Made by a program: the position numbers and the translations under genes. A stretch of 32,000 nt of DNA, taken from assembly GCF_008065095.1 (NCBI RefSeq), contig NZ_CP042911.1, positions 3,690,001 to 3,722,000 of the forward strand. The letters run 5' to 3'. The notes beneath the pieces were generated by a model that had not been told where the DNA came from, searched no databases, and worked only from the letters and a program-made list of their open reading frames with translations. Origin of the DNA: Gemmata obscuriglobus. GTDB taxonomy: Bacteria; Planctomycetota; Planctomycetia; Gemmatales; Gemmataceae. Positions 9,254 to 16,828 of this stretch are shown piece by piece. Each line of letters begins with the position of its first letter. The stretch's first letter is position 1.

Positions 9254-11810
9254 ACTTCGCCAGAACCGCGAGCATCCCTAACAACAGCGCGGCCGTCAAG
9301 GCCAGCGCGAGGACGTAGGACCGCACGAACCCGGTCTGCACACCACGCAAAAGCGATCCAAGGCGCGACGCCGCTTGCCCGATGGCGTTCAGAAGTCCGT
9401 CGAGGGTGTAAAAGTCGAACCCGTTCGGCGACGATTCCGGCGGGCGCTTATCGACCATCGCGGCGGTGTGCGCCAGCCGGAGGGTCGGGGTGACGAGAGC
9501 GGCGTCGTAGGCTTCGTCGAAGTACCATTTCCCGAGCAGGAAGCGGTACCAGCCGGGGCCGGTTGCGTGCAGCGCCGCGTGAGCCGGGGTACTCCGATAG
9601 AAGGTTCGGTACGCGAGGAACGCGCCGAACACAGCCGTAGCGAGGGCGACGGCTCCCGCGTACAGGTGTAGCTTGTGCTCCTGCGACTTCTCAAGGGCGA
9701 AATCCGTTCGGACCGCAGCCGGCTCGGCCTTATGCAGAACGGACCCGATGTAGCTCGCTTCGGCGCTCCACACCGGCCAACCCCACGCCACACCAACGCT
9801 GAACACCGCCAGTACGACGAGCGGAAGCGTCATCACGCGCGGGGATTCGTGCGCGTGATCGTGCAGGTGCGTGTCCCGCGGCGTTCCGGTGAAGGTCAGG
9901 AACCAGAGCCGGAACATGTAGTACGCGGTGAGCCCCGCGGTCAGGGCCGGGAGTACGAACAGGAGGGCGTGAGCGGGATGGAGCGAGACGTAGCCGAGCG
10001 CCGTCGAGAGGATCATGTCCTTGCTGTACCAACCGCTCAGGAGCGGCGCGCCGGAGATCGCCAGCACGCCGACGAGCATCGTGAACGCGGTGACGGGCAT
10101 CTTCGACTTGAGCCCACCCATTTTCCGAATGTCCTGTTCGTGGTGGCACCCGTGAATCACGCTCCCCGAACAGAGGAACAGCAGGGCTTTAAAGAACGCG
10201 TGGGTGATGAGGTGCAGCAACCCCGCAACCCACCCGCCGAGCCCGAGGGCGAGCATCATGAACCCGAGTTGGCTGCACGTCGAGTACGCCAGCACCCGCT
10301 TAATATCCGTCTGGACCAGCGCGATTGTGGCGCTGATGAACAGGGTGACCGCGCCGATGTAGGCGACGGTCAGCAGCACCTCCGGGGCGAAGAGCGGAAA
10401 GCACCGACCGACGAGGTACACACCCGCCGCGACCATCGTGGCCGCGTGGATGAGTGCGCTCACGGGTGTGGGGCCTTCCATTGCGTCGGGGAGCCACGTC
10501 TGGAGCGGCACTTGCGCGCTTTTGCCCGCACAGCCCAGGAAGATGCCGATTCCCATCAGAACGAACAGCCCATACGGCAGTACGCCGTATGTGGTGTACG
10601 TCGCAACCGCCGGCACTGACAGCTTGCCCGTCCAGTTGTTGCCGTCCGGCTGAGTGCTGCCGAAAGGATCGGGTTCGATCAGCGGGAACAAAGCGAGGTG
10701 TGACCCCGGCGTCCTGTTCTGGGGGAGCGCGTACTGCTGGTTCCTACCAGAATTGGACATGCTGTTCGGATCGACTCGAACGAACCGGTTGGCGTCTTCG
10801 GGACTCTCGGCGTGCGTGAGGCGGTCCCCATGTTGAGGCGATCGCACCCGCCGTGCCATCTCGTCGAAGTTGAGGGTGCCCAAATACGTCCACGCGATCA
10901 GGATGCCGATCAGGAACCCGGCGTCGCCGACCCGGTTCACGATGAACGCCTTGTTCGCCGCCCGGCTCGCGCTCGGGCGCTCGTAGTAGAACCCGATGAG
11001 GAAAAACGAGCAAACCCCGACCAGCTCCCAACCGACGAACACCTGAAACAGGTTGTCCGCGATGACGAGGTTCAGCATCGAGAAGCTGAACAGCGACAAG
11101 TACAGGAAGAACCGCCCGAACCGACCGCGGCGGGTGGAAGGCCGACCTCCACCCCCCGGACTTCCATCCCTGAAGGGGAGGGGGGAATGCGTGTCACGGG
11201 TATCGGTTGCGTGGCTCAATTCCGCTGTGCCTTCGCTGCCCCTGCCGACAGGAAGCGGGGCGTGTAGGTCGACTATTACCCCCTCTTGCAATTCGTCTTT
11301 CATGTAGCCGAGCGAGAACACGAAGATCAGCGTCCCAATCACCGTGACCATCGCGAACACGACCGCGGTCAGTTCGTCGACCTTGTAGCCCAGTTCGAGC
11401 GCGAGCGCCGGTTTGGGTGTGGGGAGCAGCGGGTCGGCGGCGTGCTGCCGAGCCCAAACCGGTGGCGGGCTGGAATCGAGCGGCCCGAGGCGGACCCAGT
11501 CCGCCCGCTCGGACCAGCGTGCCGCCCGCTGATCGCCGGTCGAAGAGTCGGTCAGGAGGGTCACCAGCCCAACAATGCCGAGTACAGCCGAACTGGCGAT
11601 GAGGAGGGTGGCGAGGTACGCGCCGGTTTTGAGCGGCGCGTCTCCGCCGTACAGCCAATACAGACGGCCGCCGAAGCCGCTCTGGTCGCGGAACGGGCGG
11701 CACAGCGCCCGCACCGCGCCCGCGACGAGCAGGAGCACGAACGCGGCGAGCGGCAGCAGCGTGGCGAGCACGTACAGCCGACCCGGAACGACCTGAAACC
11801 AGTCGAGCAT
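9252..11810 (-). CDS. nuoL: NADH-quinone oxidoreductase subunit L (852 aa, with large hydrophilic inserts)
   Basis: Contains the NuoL/ND5 signature text FVGWELVGVCSFFLIGFYY, AGKSAQVPLQTWLPDAMEGPTPVSALIHAATMVAAGVYL, VLAYSTCSQLGFMM and HAFFKALLFLCSGSVIH. Lies between nuoK and nuoM. Confidence 0.95.
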   Translation of the reverse strand: MLDWFQVVPGRLYVLATLLPLAAFVLLLVAGAVRALCRPFRDQSGFGGRLYWLYGGDAPLKTGAYLATLLIASSAVLGIVGLVTLLTDSSTGDQRAARWSERADWVRLGPLDSSPPPVWARQHAADPLLPTPKPALALELGYKVDELTAVVFAMVTVIGTLIFVFSLGYMKDELQEGVIVDLHAPLPVGRGSEGTAELSHATDTRDTHSPLPFRDGSPGGGGRPSTRRGRFGRFFLYLSLFSFSMLNLVIADNLFQVFVGWELVGVCSFFLIGFYYERPSASRAANKAFIVNRVGDAGFLIGILIAWTYLGTLNFDEMARRVRSPQHGDRLTHAESPEDANRFVRVDPNSMSNSGRNQQYALPQNRTPGSHLALFPLIEPDPFGSTQPDGNNWTGKLSVPAVATYTTYGVLPYGLFVLMGIGIFLGCAGKSAQVPLQTWLPDAMEGPTPVSALIHAATMVAAGVYLVGRCFPLFAPEVLLTVAYIGAVTLFISATIALVQTDIKRVLAYSTCSQLGFMMLALGLGGWVAGLLHLITHAFFKALLFLCSGSVIHGCHHEQDIRKMGGLKSKMPVTAFTMLVGVLAISGAPLLSGWYSKDMILSTALGYVSLHPAHALLFVLPALTAGLTAYYMFRLWFLTFTGTPRDTHLHDHAHESPRVMTLPLVVLAVFSVGVAWGWPVWSAEASYIGSVLHKAEPAAVRTDFALEKSQEHKLHLYAGAVALATAVFGAFLAYRTFYRSTPAHAALHATGPGWYRFLLGKWYFDEAYDAALVTPTLRLAHTAAMVDKRPPESSPNGFDFYTLDGLLNAIGQAASRLGSLLRGVQTGFVRSYVLALALTAALLLGMLAVLAK

Positions 11811-11820
11811 CGCTCGTGTT

Positions 11821-11926
11821 TGGTGCTCGGTGCTTGGCGTTTCGTGTCAGTGTTTCGGAGCTTCTCTTCACACCAGGGCCGCATCCCGCGCCGAGGCCGA
11901 GTACCGAACACCAAGCACAGCCACCA
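11821..11926. repeat. Imperfect inverted repeat inside the 127-nt nuoK-nuoL spacer
   Basis: tggtgctcggtgcttggcgtttcg (11821-11844) resembles the reverse complement of about 11902-11926 (tggtggctgtgcttggtgttcgg). The match is imperfect and was aligned by eye. Confidence 0.4.
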
Positions 11927-11937
11927 AGCCCCCAGCA

Positions 11938-12252
11938 CTACCCCCGGAGGTTCTTTGCTTCGTCCACGTCCACGGTGGAGTGGTTGTTGTAAAAGTTCAG
12001 GATGATGGCCAGTGCCACTGCGGCCTCTGCCGCCGCGAGTACGACCACCAGAAGCGCGAACACCTGACCTTCGAGCCGGAACGCGGGGTTGAAGCGCGCG
12101 AAGGCGACGAGATTCACGTTCGCCGCGTTCAGGATCAGCTCAACGCCCATCAGAACGCCGATCGCGTTCCGCTTCGTGGTCACGCACACCACCCCGCACG
12201 CGAATAGGAACGCGGAGAGCAGCAAGAACGGTGTCAGGCCGAGTTCGTTCAT
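11938..12252 (-). CDS. nuoK: NADH-quinone oxidoreductase subunit K
   Basis: A 104-aa protein (MNELGLTPFLLLSAFLFACGVV...GVELILNAANVNLVAF...AAAEAAVALAII) typical of NuoK/ND4L. ATG 12252 overlaps the nuoJ stop in an ATGA junction. The longer listed ORF (to 12552) is the out-of-frame overlap with nuoJ. Confidence 0.95.
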   Translation of the reverse strand: MNELGLTPFLLLSAFLFACGVVCVTTKRNAIGVLMGVELILNAANVNLVAFARFNPAFRLEGQVFALLVVVLAAAEAAVALAIILNFYNNHSTVDVDEAKNLRG

Positions 12253-12824
12253 GCCTGGGGTCGCTTCCTCTTCGCGCGGGCGAGGTAGGCGGCTCCGACC
12301 AGCACCACCAGCAGGTGAACCGACACGATCTCGAACGGCAACAGGTACGCCGTCGGGGTTCGCACCACGCCGCCGGTCGGCGTCCCGCTCACCGCTCCCT
12401 TCGGGCTGGTGTCGGTGGCGCCCAGAAAGCTCATCCCGAGCGGCCCGGGGCCGGGAAGGGGATCTTCGCCCGCGGTCGGGGAGCCGAGCTTCAACGAGAC
12501 GACCGCCAGGAGCGTGAACAGCGCGACGCCGAGCGCACCGCCGACGAACCACTCGGTGCGCCGAGTCCGCAGTTCACGGAGCGGACCGTGTGCGGTCAGC
12601 ATCACTCCGAACACGACCAGCACCAGCGTGCCGCCGACGTACACGATGAGCTGCGCGGCGCCCGCGAACTCGGCGCCGAGCAAGAAGTAGATCAGTGAGA
12701 CGCCGACCAGCGTGAACAGCAGCCACACCGCCATGCGCACCACGTCGCGCGCGGCCACCACACCAAGTGCGGAAGCGCAGGTGGCGGCGCCGACCACGGC
12801 GAACAGAATAACCGGTAACGACAT
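12249..12824 (-). CDS. nuoJ: NADH-quinone oxidoreductase subunit J
   Basis: From ATG 12824 (MSLPVILFAVVGAATCASALGVV...) with the NuoJ/ND6-like text LLGAEFAGAAQLIVYVGGTLVLVVFGVML. The 49 upstream residues of the longest ORF are Arg/Gly-rich and look non-coding. Confidence 0.9.
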   Translation of the reverse strand: MSLPVILFAVVGAATCASALGVVAARDVVRMAVWLLFTLVGVSLIYFLLGAEFAGAAQLIVYVGGTLVLVVFGVMLTAHGPLRELRTRRTEWFVGGALGVALFTLLAVVSLKLGSPTAGEDPLPGPGPLGMSFLGATDTSPKGAVSGTPTGGVVRTPTAYLLPFEIVSVHLLVVLVGAAYLARAKRKRPQA

Positions 12825-12909
12825 CGGGCGGACAGTTGGGAGAGGGCCTCTTGTTCGCGCTGCAAGAATAGGGATAAACCGCCGCGCGCCCGCTCGCAAG
12901 GATATTCCG

Positions 12910-12942
12910 CCCCGGCGCCGCCGTTTCACGCCGGCGCCGGGG
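12910..12942. promoter_or_regulatory. Perfect 11-bp GC stem with 11-nt loop in the divergent nuoJ / LRR-gene control region
   Basis: ccccggcgccg (12910-12920) pairs perfectly with cggcgccgggg (12932-12942). It lies 20 nt upstream of the GTG at 12962. Function unknown. Confidence 0.3.
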
Positions 12943-12961
12943 CCGTCAGAGGGAACTGCCC

Positions 12962-14386
12962 GTGCCCCCACCGCTGAACCCGGACCTGCTCGGGCTGCTC
13001 GCGAGCTGTCGCGCGGCCCCGGCCGATGACACCCCGCGGCTGGTGCTCGCGGACTGGCTCGACGAACACGCTGACGTGTCCGGTCTACCGTCGCCCGGCG
13101 ACGCCCGGGCGCGCGCCGCGCTGCTGCGCGTGCAGGTCGAACTCGCCCGGCCCACCTGCGACGAGGGGCACGTTGCGGCCCTCCGCGCCGAGGAGCGGCG
13201 GCTGCTGGTGGCGCACGCGGAGGGGTGGCTCGGTTCGCTCCCGCGCCGGCTCCACGAACTCACGCACCCGGTGTTCGGGTTCGCCCAACAGCTCGCCGCC
13301 GCGCGGCCCCCGCAGCCGTTCACCTTCGAACCGCTGACCCCGTTCAAACCGTGGCGGTTCACGCGCGGGCTGCTGAACATCGACCTGCGCGCCGAAACGG
13401 TCGACGACCCCGAACTGGGGGCGTGGTTCGCGTCGCCCCTGGCCGCCTGGACCGAGGAGGCGTGCGTCGATGTGGCCGCATCGCGCGAGCTGGAACGGCT
13501 CGCACTCCCGGACCCGATGCGACCGTATTTCGGCGTCCGGCTCGCCGTGGGCGCGGCCGAATTCCCGACCCTCTTGCGCCCCCGTCCGGACCCGGGAGAC
13601 ACCGACGAGCGGCGGTGCCGCCGGCTACTCCGCAGTGCGAAATTCGGACTGGTCCGCGAGCTGGTCCTGTTCCCCCCGGCACTCGACGCCGGGTTCCTGC
13701 GGCTGATGGCAGGGGCCAATGTGTCGAACGTGCAGCGGCTCGCGGTGCGGGCCGCGCTGAGTGACGCCGACGCCGCGTTCCTGTCGTCCGCGGCGCTGAC
13801 CAACCTTTCGGCGCTGAACGTGTCGGCCACGCAACTCACGGCGGCCGGGGTGCGGCAACTCGCACACGCGCCACACCTTCGACAGCTCGTATCACTGGTC
13901 GCGTACCGCAACGGACTTGGGTGCGACGGGCTGGTTGCACTCGTTGAATCGCCACTGGCACAGACGCTCAACGTGCTGGAGGTGCAGAACACCGGCATCG
14001 GCGACCGCGGTGCGGTCGCGCTCGCGCGCTCGCCGCTGTTGGGCCGGCTGCACGGCCCGGGGCTGAACCTGTCGATGAACCCGATCGCGGACGAGGGCGC
14101 GCGGGCGCTCGCGGCCTGCGAACACCTGCCGCGGTTCCGCGAACTGATTCTTCGCGATTGCACGGTCGGTGATGCAGGGGCCGCGGCGTTGGCGTCTTCG
14201 CCGAACGTAGCGGATTTGTCGATTCTTGACCTGTGGCAGAACCGGATCGGCGACACCGGCGCGCGAGCCCTGGCGGGGTCGCCACACCTCGACGGACTGG
14301 ACGTGCTGAGCCTGCGGGACAATCGCATCACGGCCGGCGGTGCGGCGGCGCTGCGCGCGCGGTTCGGCGATCGCGTGAAGCTGTGA
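12962..14386 (+). CDS. TIGR02996-type (repeat-companion) N-terminal domain protein with RNI-like leucine-rich repeats
   Basis: The N-terminus (LLASCRAAPADDTPRLVLADWLDEHAD) matches the Gemmata-type repeat-companion domain pattern. The C-terminal half has about 28-residue LRRs of ribonuclease-inhibitor type (NxIGDxGAxALAxSPxL, several copies). Start codon is GTG. Confidence 0.85.
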   Translation: MPPPLNPDLLGLLASCRAAPADDTPRLVLADWLDEHADVSGLPSPGDARARAALLRVQVELARPTCDEGHVAALRAEERRLLVAHAEGWLGSLPRRLHELTHPVFGFAQQLAAARPPQPFTFEPLTPFKPWRFTRGLLNIDLRAETVDDPELGAWFASPLAAWTEEACVDVAASRELERLALPDPMRPYFGVRLAVGAAEFPTLLRPRPDPGDTDERRCRRLLRSAKFGLVRELVLFPPALDAGFLRLMAGANVSNVQRLAVRAALSDADAAFLSSAALTNLSALNVSATQLTAAGVRQLAHAPHLRQLVSLVAYRNGLGCDGLVALVESPLAQTLNVLEVQNTGIGDRGAVALARSPLLGRLHGPGLNLSMNPIADEGARALAACEHLPRFRELILRDCTVGDAGAAALASSPNVADLSILDLWQNRIGDTGARALAGSPHLDGLDVLSLRDNRITAGGAAALRARFGDRVKL

Positions 14387-14410
14387 CGAGTAAGGTCGAT
14401 TCAAGATTGG

Positions 14411-16828
14411 TCAACCTCGGCGGGCGCTCCACACACCGAGCCCGAGCATGAGGACGGCGGCGACCACACTGACCCACCAGCCGAGGCGGTACGTGCGCGG
14501 CTCGAACCGAAACTCCGCGACCGCCGACCCGGCCGGCACTGGCACCGCCCGGAACGCGTGATTCGCGCGCGACACCTCGACTTCCCGGCCGTCCACGAAG
14601 CAGGTCCAGCCCGGGAACCACACGTCCGACAGAACCAGCCACCCCGCCGAGCCGTCGAGTTCAGTCGTGACGCGGTTCGGGCCGTAATGCGTAACTCGCG
14701 CGGCGCCCGGCTTTGTGCCCGCCATCGGAGGGAGCGGTGCGCGCGTGGTGATCAGCACCGTGCGGTCGAAGTCGCACGTTTTGAGTGCCGCGAACGGCGC
14801 ACCTTCGAGACGTTCGCCGTGCGGGACGATCCACGCTCGTGGTTTCGGGGGCGTGAACTCGCGGAGCGTGTGGGGCGGGAGTGTCGGCGGCGTGCCCGGC
14901 AGCAGCGGAACCACCGCCGGCGGGGCCGGGTCGCGCGCGCACACGCGCCAATCCCCGGGCGGCGGGGGCGTTCCGACCGGGGCAACGTGGTGCGTGACGC
15001 GCAGGAGCGCGAACACGTGCGGCTCGCCGACCTCGAAGTTCGGCATCACCTGTTGTGCGTAGGGGCTGTTCCCGCGCACCGGCCGGTCGTCCCCGACCGC
15101 GAACGCGAGGAACTCGCGGTAGTGGCGCACGTCGAGCGGGTTGTAGCCGCGGGGCGTCCCGAGCGCCTGAACCATCGCCTGCGGCGCGCCCGTCCCCAGC
15201 AGGGAGGTCTGTGTGCCCTCACTGTGAACGTCCCAATCGAGAACGCGGACCGGCTGCGGTTGCTCTCTCAGGTAATCCAGAACCGGTGACGACGGATACA
15301 GTTCCGCTTGCGGCTTCGTTTGCGGCAGAACGGCAATCGGAGCAATCAACTCGGCCAAGAGAATGACGAACCAGAGGGCGGTCCGCAGACGGCCGCTGGT
15401 GCCGGTGTTCTGAAGAGTGCGGATGAAGAGCGGCAGAGCCAGCACCGCTGCGCCCCAGTAAGCGACGAACGCCCACCACACGGGGCCGTCGTTGAACCAC
15501 AGCCCGAGGATCGTGGGGGCGACGAGGACCAGCACCACGCGCCGGAACCCGCGCGACACCGCCGCCCGAGCGCTCAGCGCCCACCGCGATTCCGTGAGCG
15601 CCTGGGTGGTCACCCCCGCGAGAAAAGCGAGCGGGAAGGTCGCGATCAGCAGCATCCGGGTCGGCACCCGGAACAGGTTGAAACCCGGCAACCAGTCGAT
15701 CAGTGCGGCCCCGCCGAGTGCGAACAGCACAAGGGCGCAGAAAACACCGAACTGCCAGCGCGTCCGCGGGCCGCCCACGACCGGCGCCGCGACCGCCGCA
15801 ACGAGCCAGAACGCGCCGAATACCCCCTGCATTTCCCACGCCTGCGGGGGCGAGTACGACAACGCCGGCCCGATCAGCCGCACGGCCGTTTGGAGCCCGA
15901 TGCCGAGCGCCCCGCTGGCGTCCACTCCGTCACTTCGCGCGGAATACTGTGCCGATTCCAGAGCCGGAAGCAGTTGCACGGCCATCAGGGCCGCTGCAAC
16001 GACGGCCGCACCGAACCAGCAGCCCAACCACCGACCACGAGCGTCGCGCCGATACGTCCACACGAACGCGAAAACGGTTGCGTAGAACGCCCATTGCGGG
16101 TGGGTGCCGAGTCCGAGAAGCGCGAGGGGCACACCCGCCCACACGACCGCGCGCGTGCCGCGGCGATCAATCGCGCGTTCGATCAGGAGTAGCAGAAGGG
16201 GGAGCCACGTAAGCCCGGCCGTGATCGTGTGGCCCGCGAGCAGCAGGTGCGTCATCCACTTCGACGACAGCATGAACCCGATCGCCGCAACGAGGCTCGC
16301 GGGCTCGTTCAGTCCGCGGGCGCGGGCGTACACAAGCGCCAGCGCCCCCGCGGCGAGCACATGAAGCGCAACGCCCCACGACACCGCCGCCCCGACTGCG
16401 TGTTCCGGGACGGCGAGTACGACGAAGTTGGGTGGGTAAAAGGTTCCGACCTGCGGGTCGTGAACGAGCGGCGTCCCGCAGAAGTGGTACGGGTTCCAGA
16501 GCGGCAACTCGCCACTCGCCCGCCACTCGCGGTTCAGGAACAGCTTGACGGGCAGGTGCTCGGCGAGCAGGTCGGAATACGGCGCGTAGATGGTCTGCGT
16601 GGGGTGCAGGATCAGCGGGTGAAAGTACAGTGCCCAGAGCAAGGCGAGGACGAGATAGGGGCGCACGAAGCGGAAGAAATACGACCCGCCCCCAACCCCT
16701 CTCTTTGAGGGGAGCAAAGGCGCGTCGGAATCGCCGCGCGAATCGAGTTCACGCGGCGGAGCAGTACTCCGCCCCTTCCCGTCCGGAAGCGGGCCGGAGG
16801 GGAGGTTACTTTCGGGTTTCGGTGTCAT
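14411..16828 (-). CDS. YfhO-like / GT-C-type polytopic membrane protein (putative glycosyltransferase)
   Basis: This is the real part of listed ORF 14411..17731. ATG 16828 (MTPKPESNL...) overlaps the nuoH stop in an ATGA junction. PLWNPYHFCGTPLVHDPQVGTFYPPNF plus many TM segments resemble the YfhO family. The C-terminal roughly 250 aa are soluble. An alternative start is GTG 16666, because GC3 is low in 16667-16828. Confidence 0.7.
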   Translation of the reverse strand: MTPKPESNLPSGPLPDGKGRSTAPPRELDSRGDSDAPLLPSKRGVGGGSYFFRFVRPYLVLALLWALYFHPLILHPTQTIYAPYSDLLAEHLPVKLFLNREWRASGELPLWNPYHFCGTPLVHDPQVGTFYPPNFVVLAVPEHAVGAAVSWGVALHVLAAGALALVYARARGLNEPASLVAAIGFMLSSKWMTHLLLAGHTITAGLTWLPLLLLLIERAIDRRGTRAVVWAGVPLALLGLGTHPQWAFYATVFAFVWTYRRDARGRWLGCWFGAAVVAAALMAVQLLPALESAQYSARSDGVDASGALGIGLQTAVRLIGPALSYSPPQAWEMQGVFGAFWLVAAVAAPVVGGPRTRWQFGVFCALVLFALGGAALIDWLPGFNLFRVPTRMLLIATFPLAFLAGVTTQALTESRWALSARAAVSRGFRRVVLVLVAPTILGLWFNDGPVWWAFVAYWGAAVLALPLFIRTLQNTGTSGRLRTALWFVILLAELIAPIAVLPQTKPQAELYPSSPVLDYLREQPQPVRVLDWDVHSEGTQTSLLGTGAPQAMVQALGTPRGYNPLDVRHYREFLAFAVGDDRPVRGNSPYAQQVMPNFEVGEPHVFALLRVTHHVAPVGTPPPPGDWRVCARDPAPPAVVPLLPGTPPTLPPHTLREFTPPKPRAWIVPHGERLEGAPFAALKTCDFDRTVLITTRAPLPPMAGTKPGAARVTHYGPNRVTTELDGSAGWLVLSDVWFPGWTCFVDGREVEVSRANHAFRAVPVPAGSAVAEFRFEPRTYRLGWWVSVVAAVLMLGLGVWSARRG

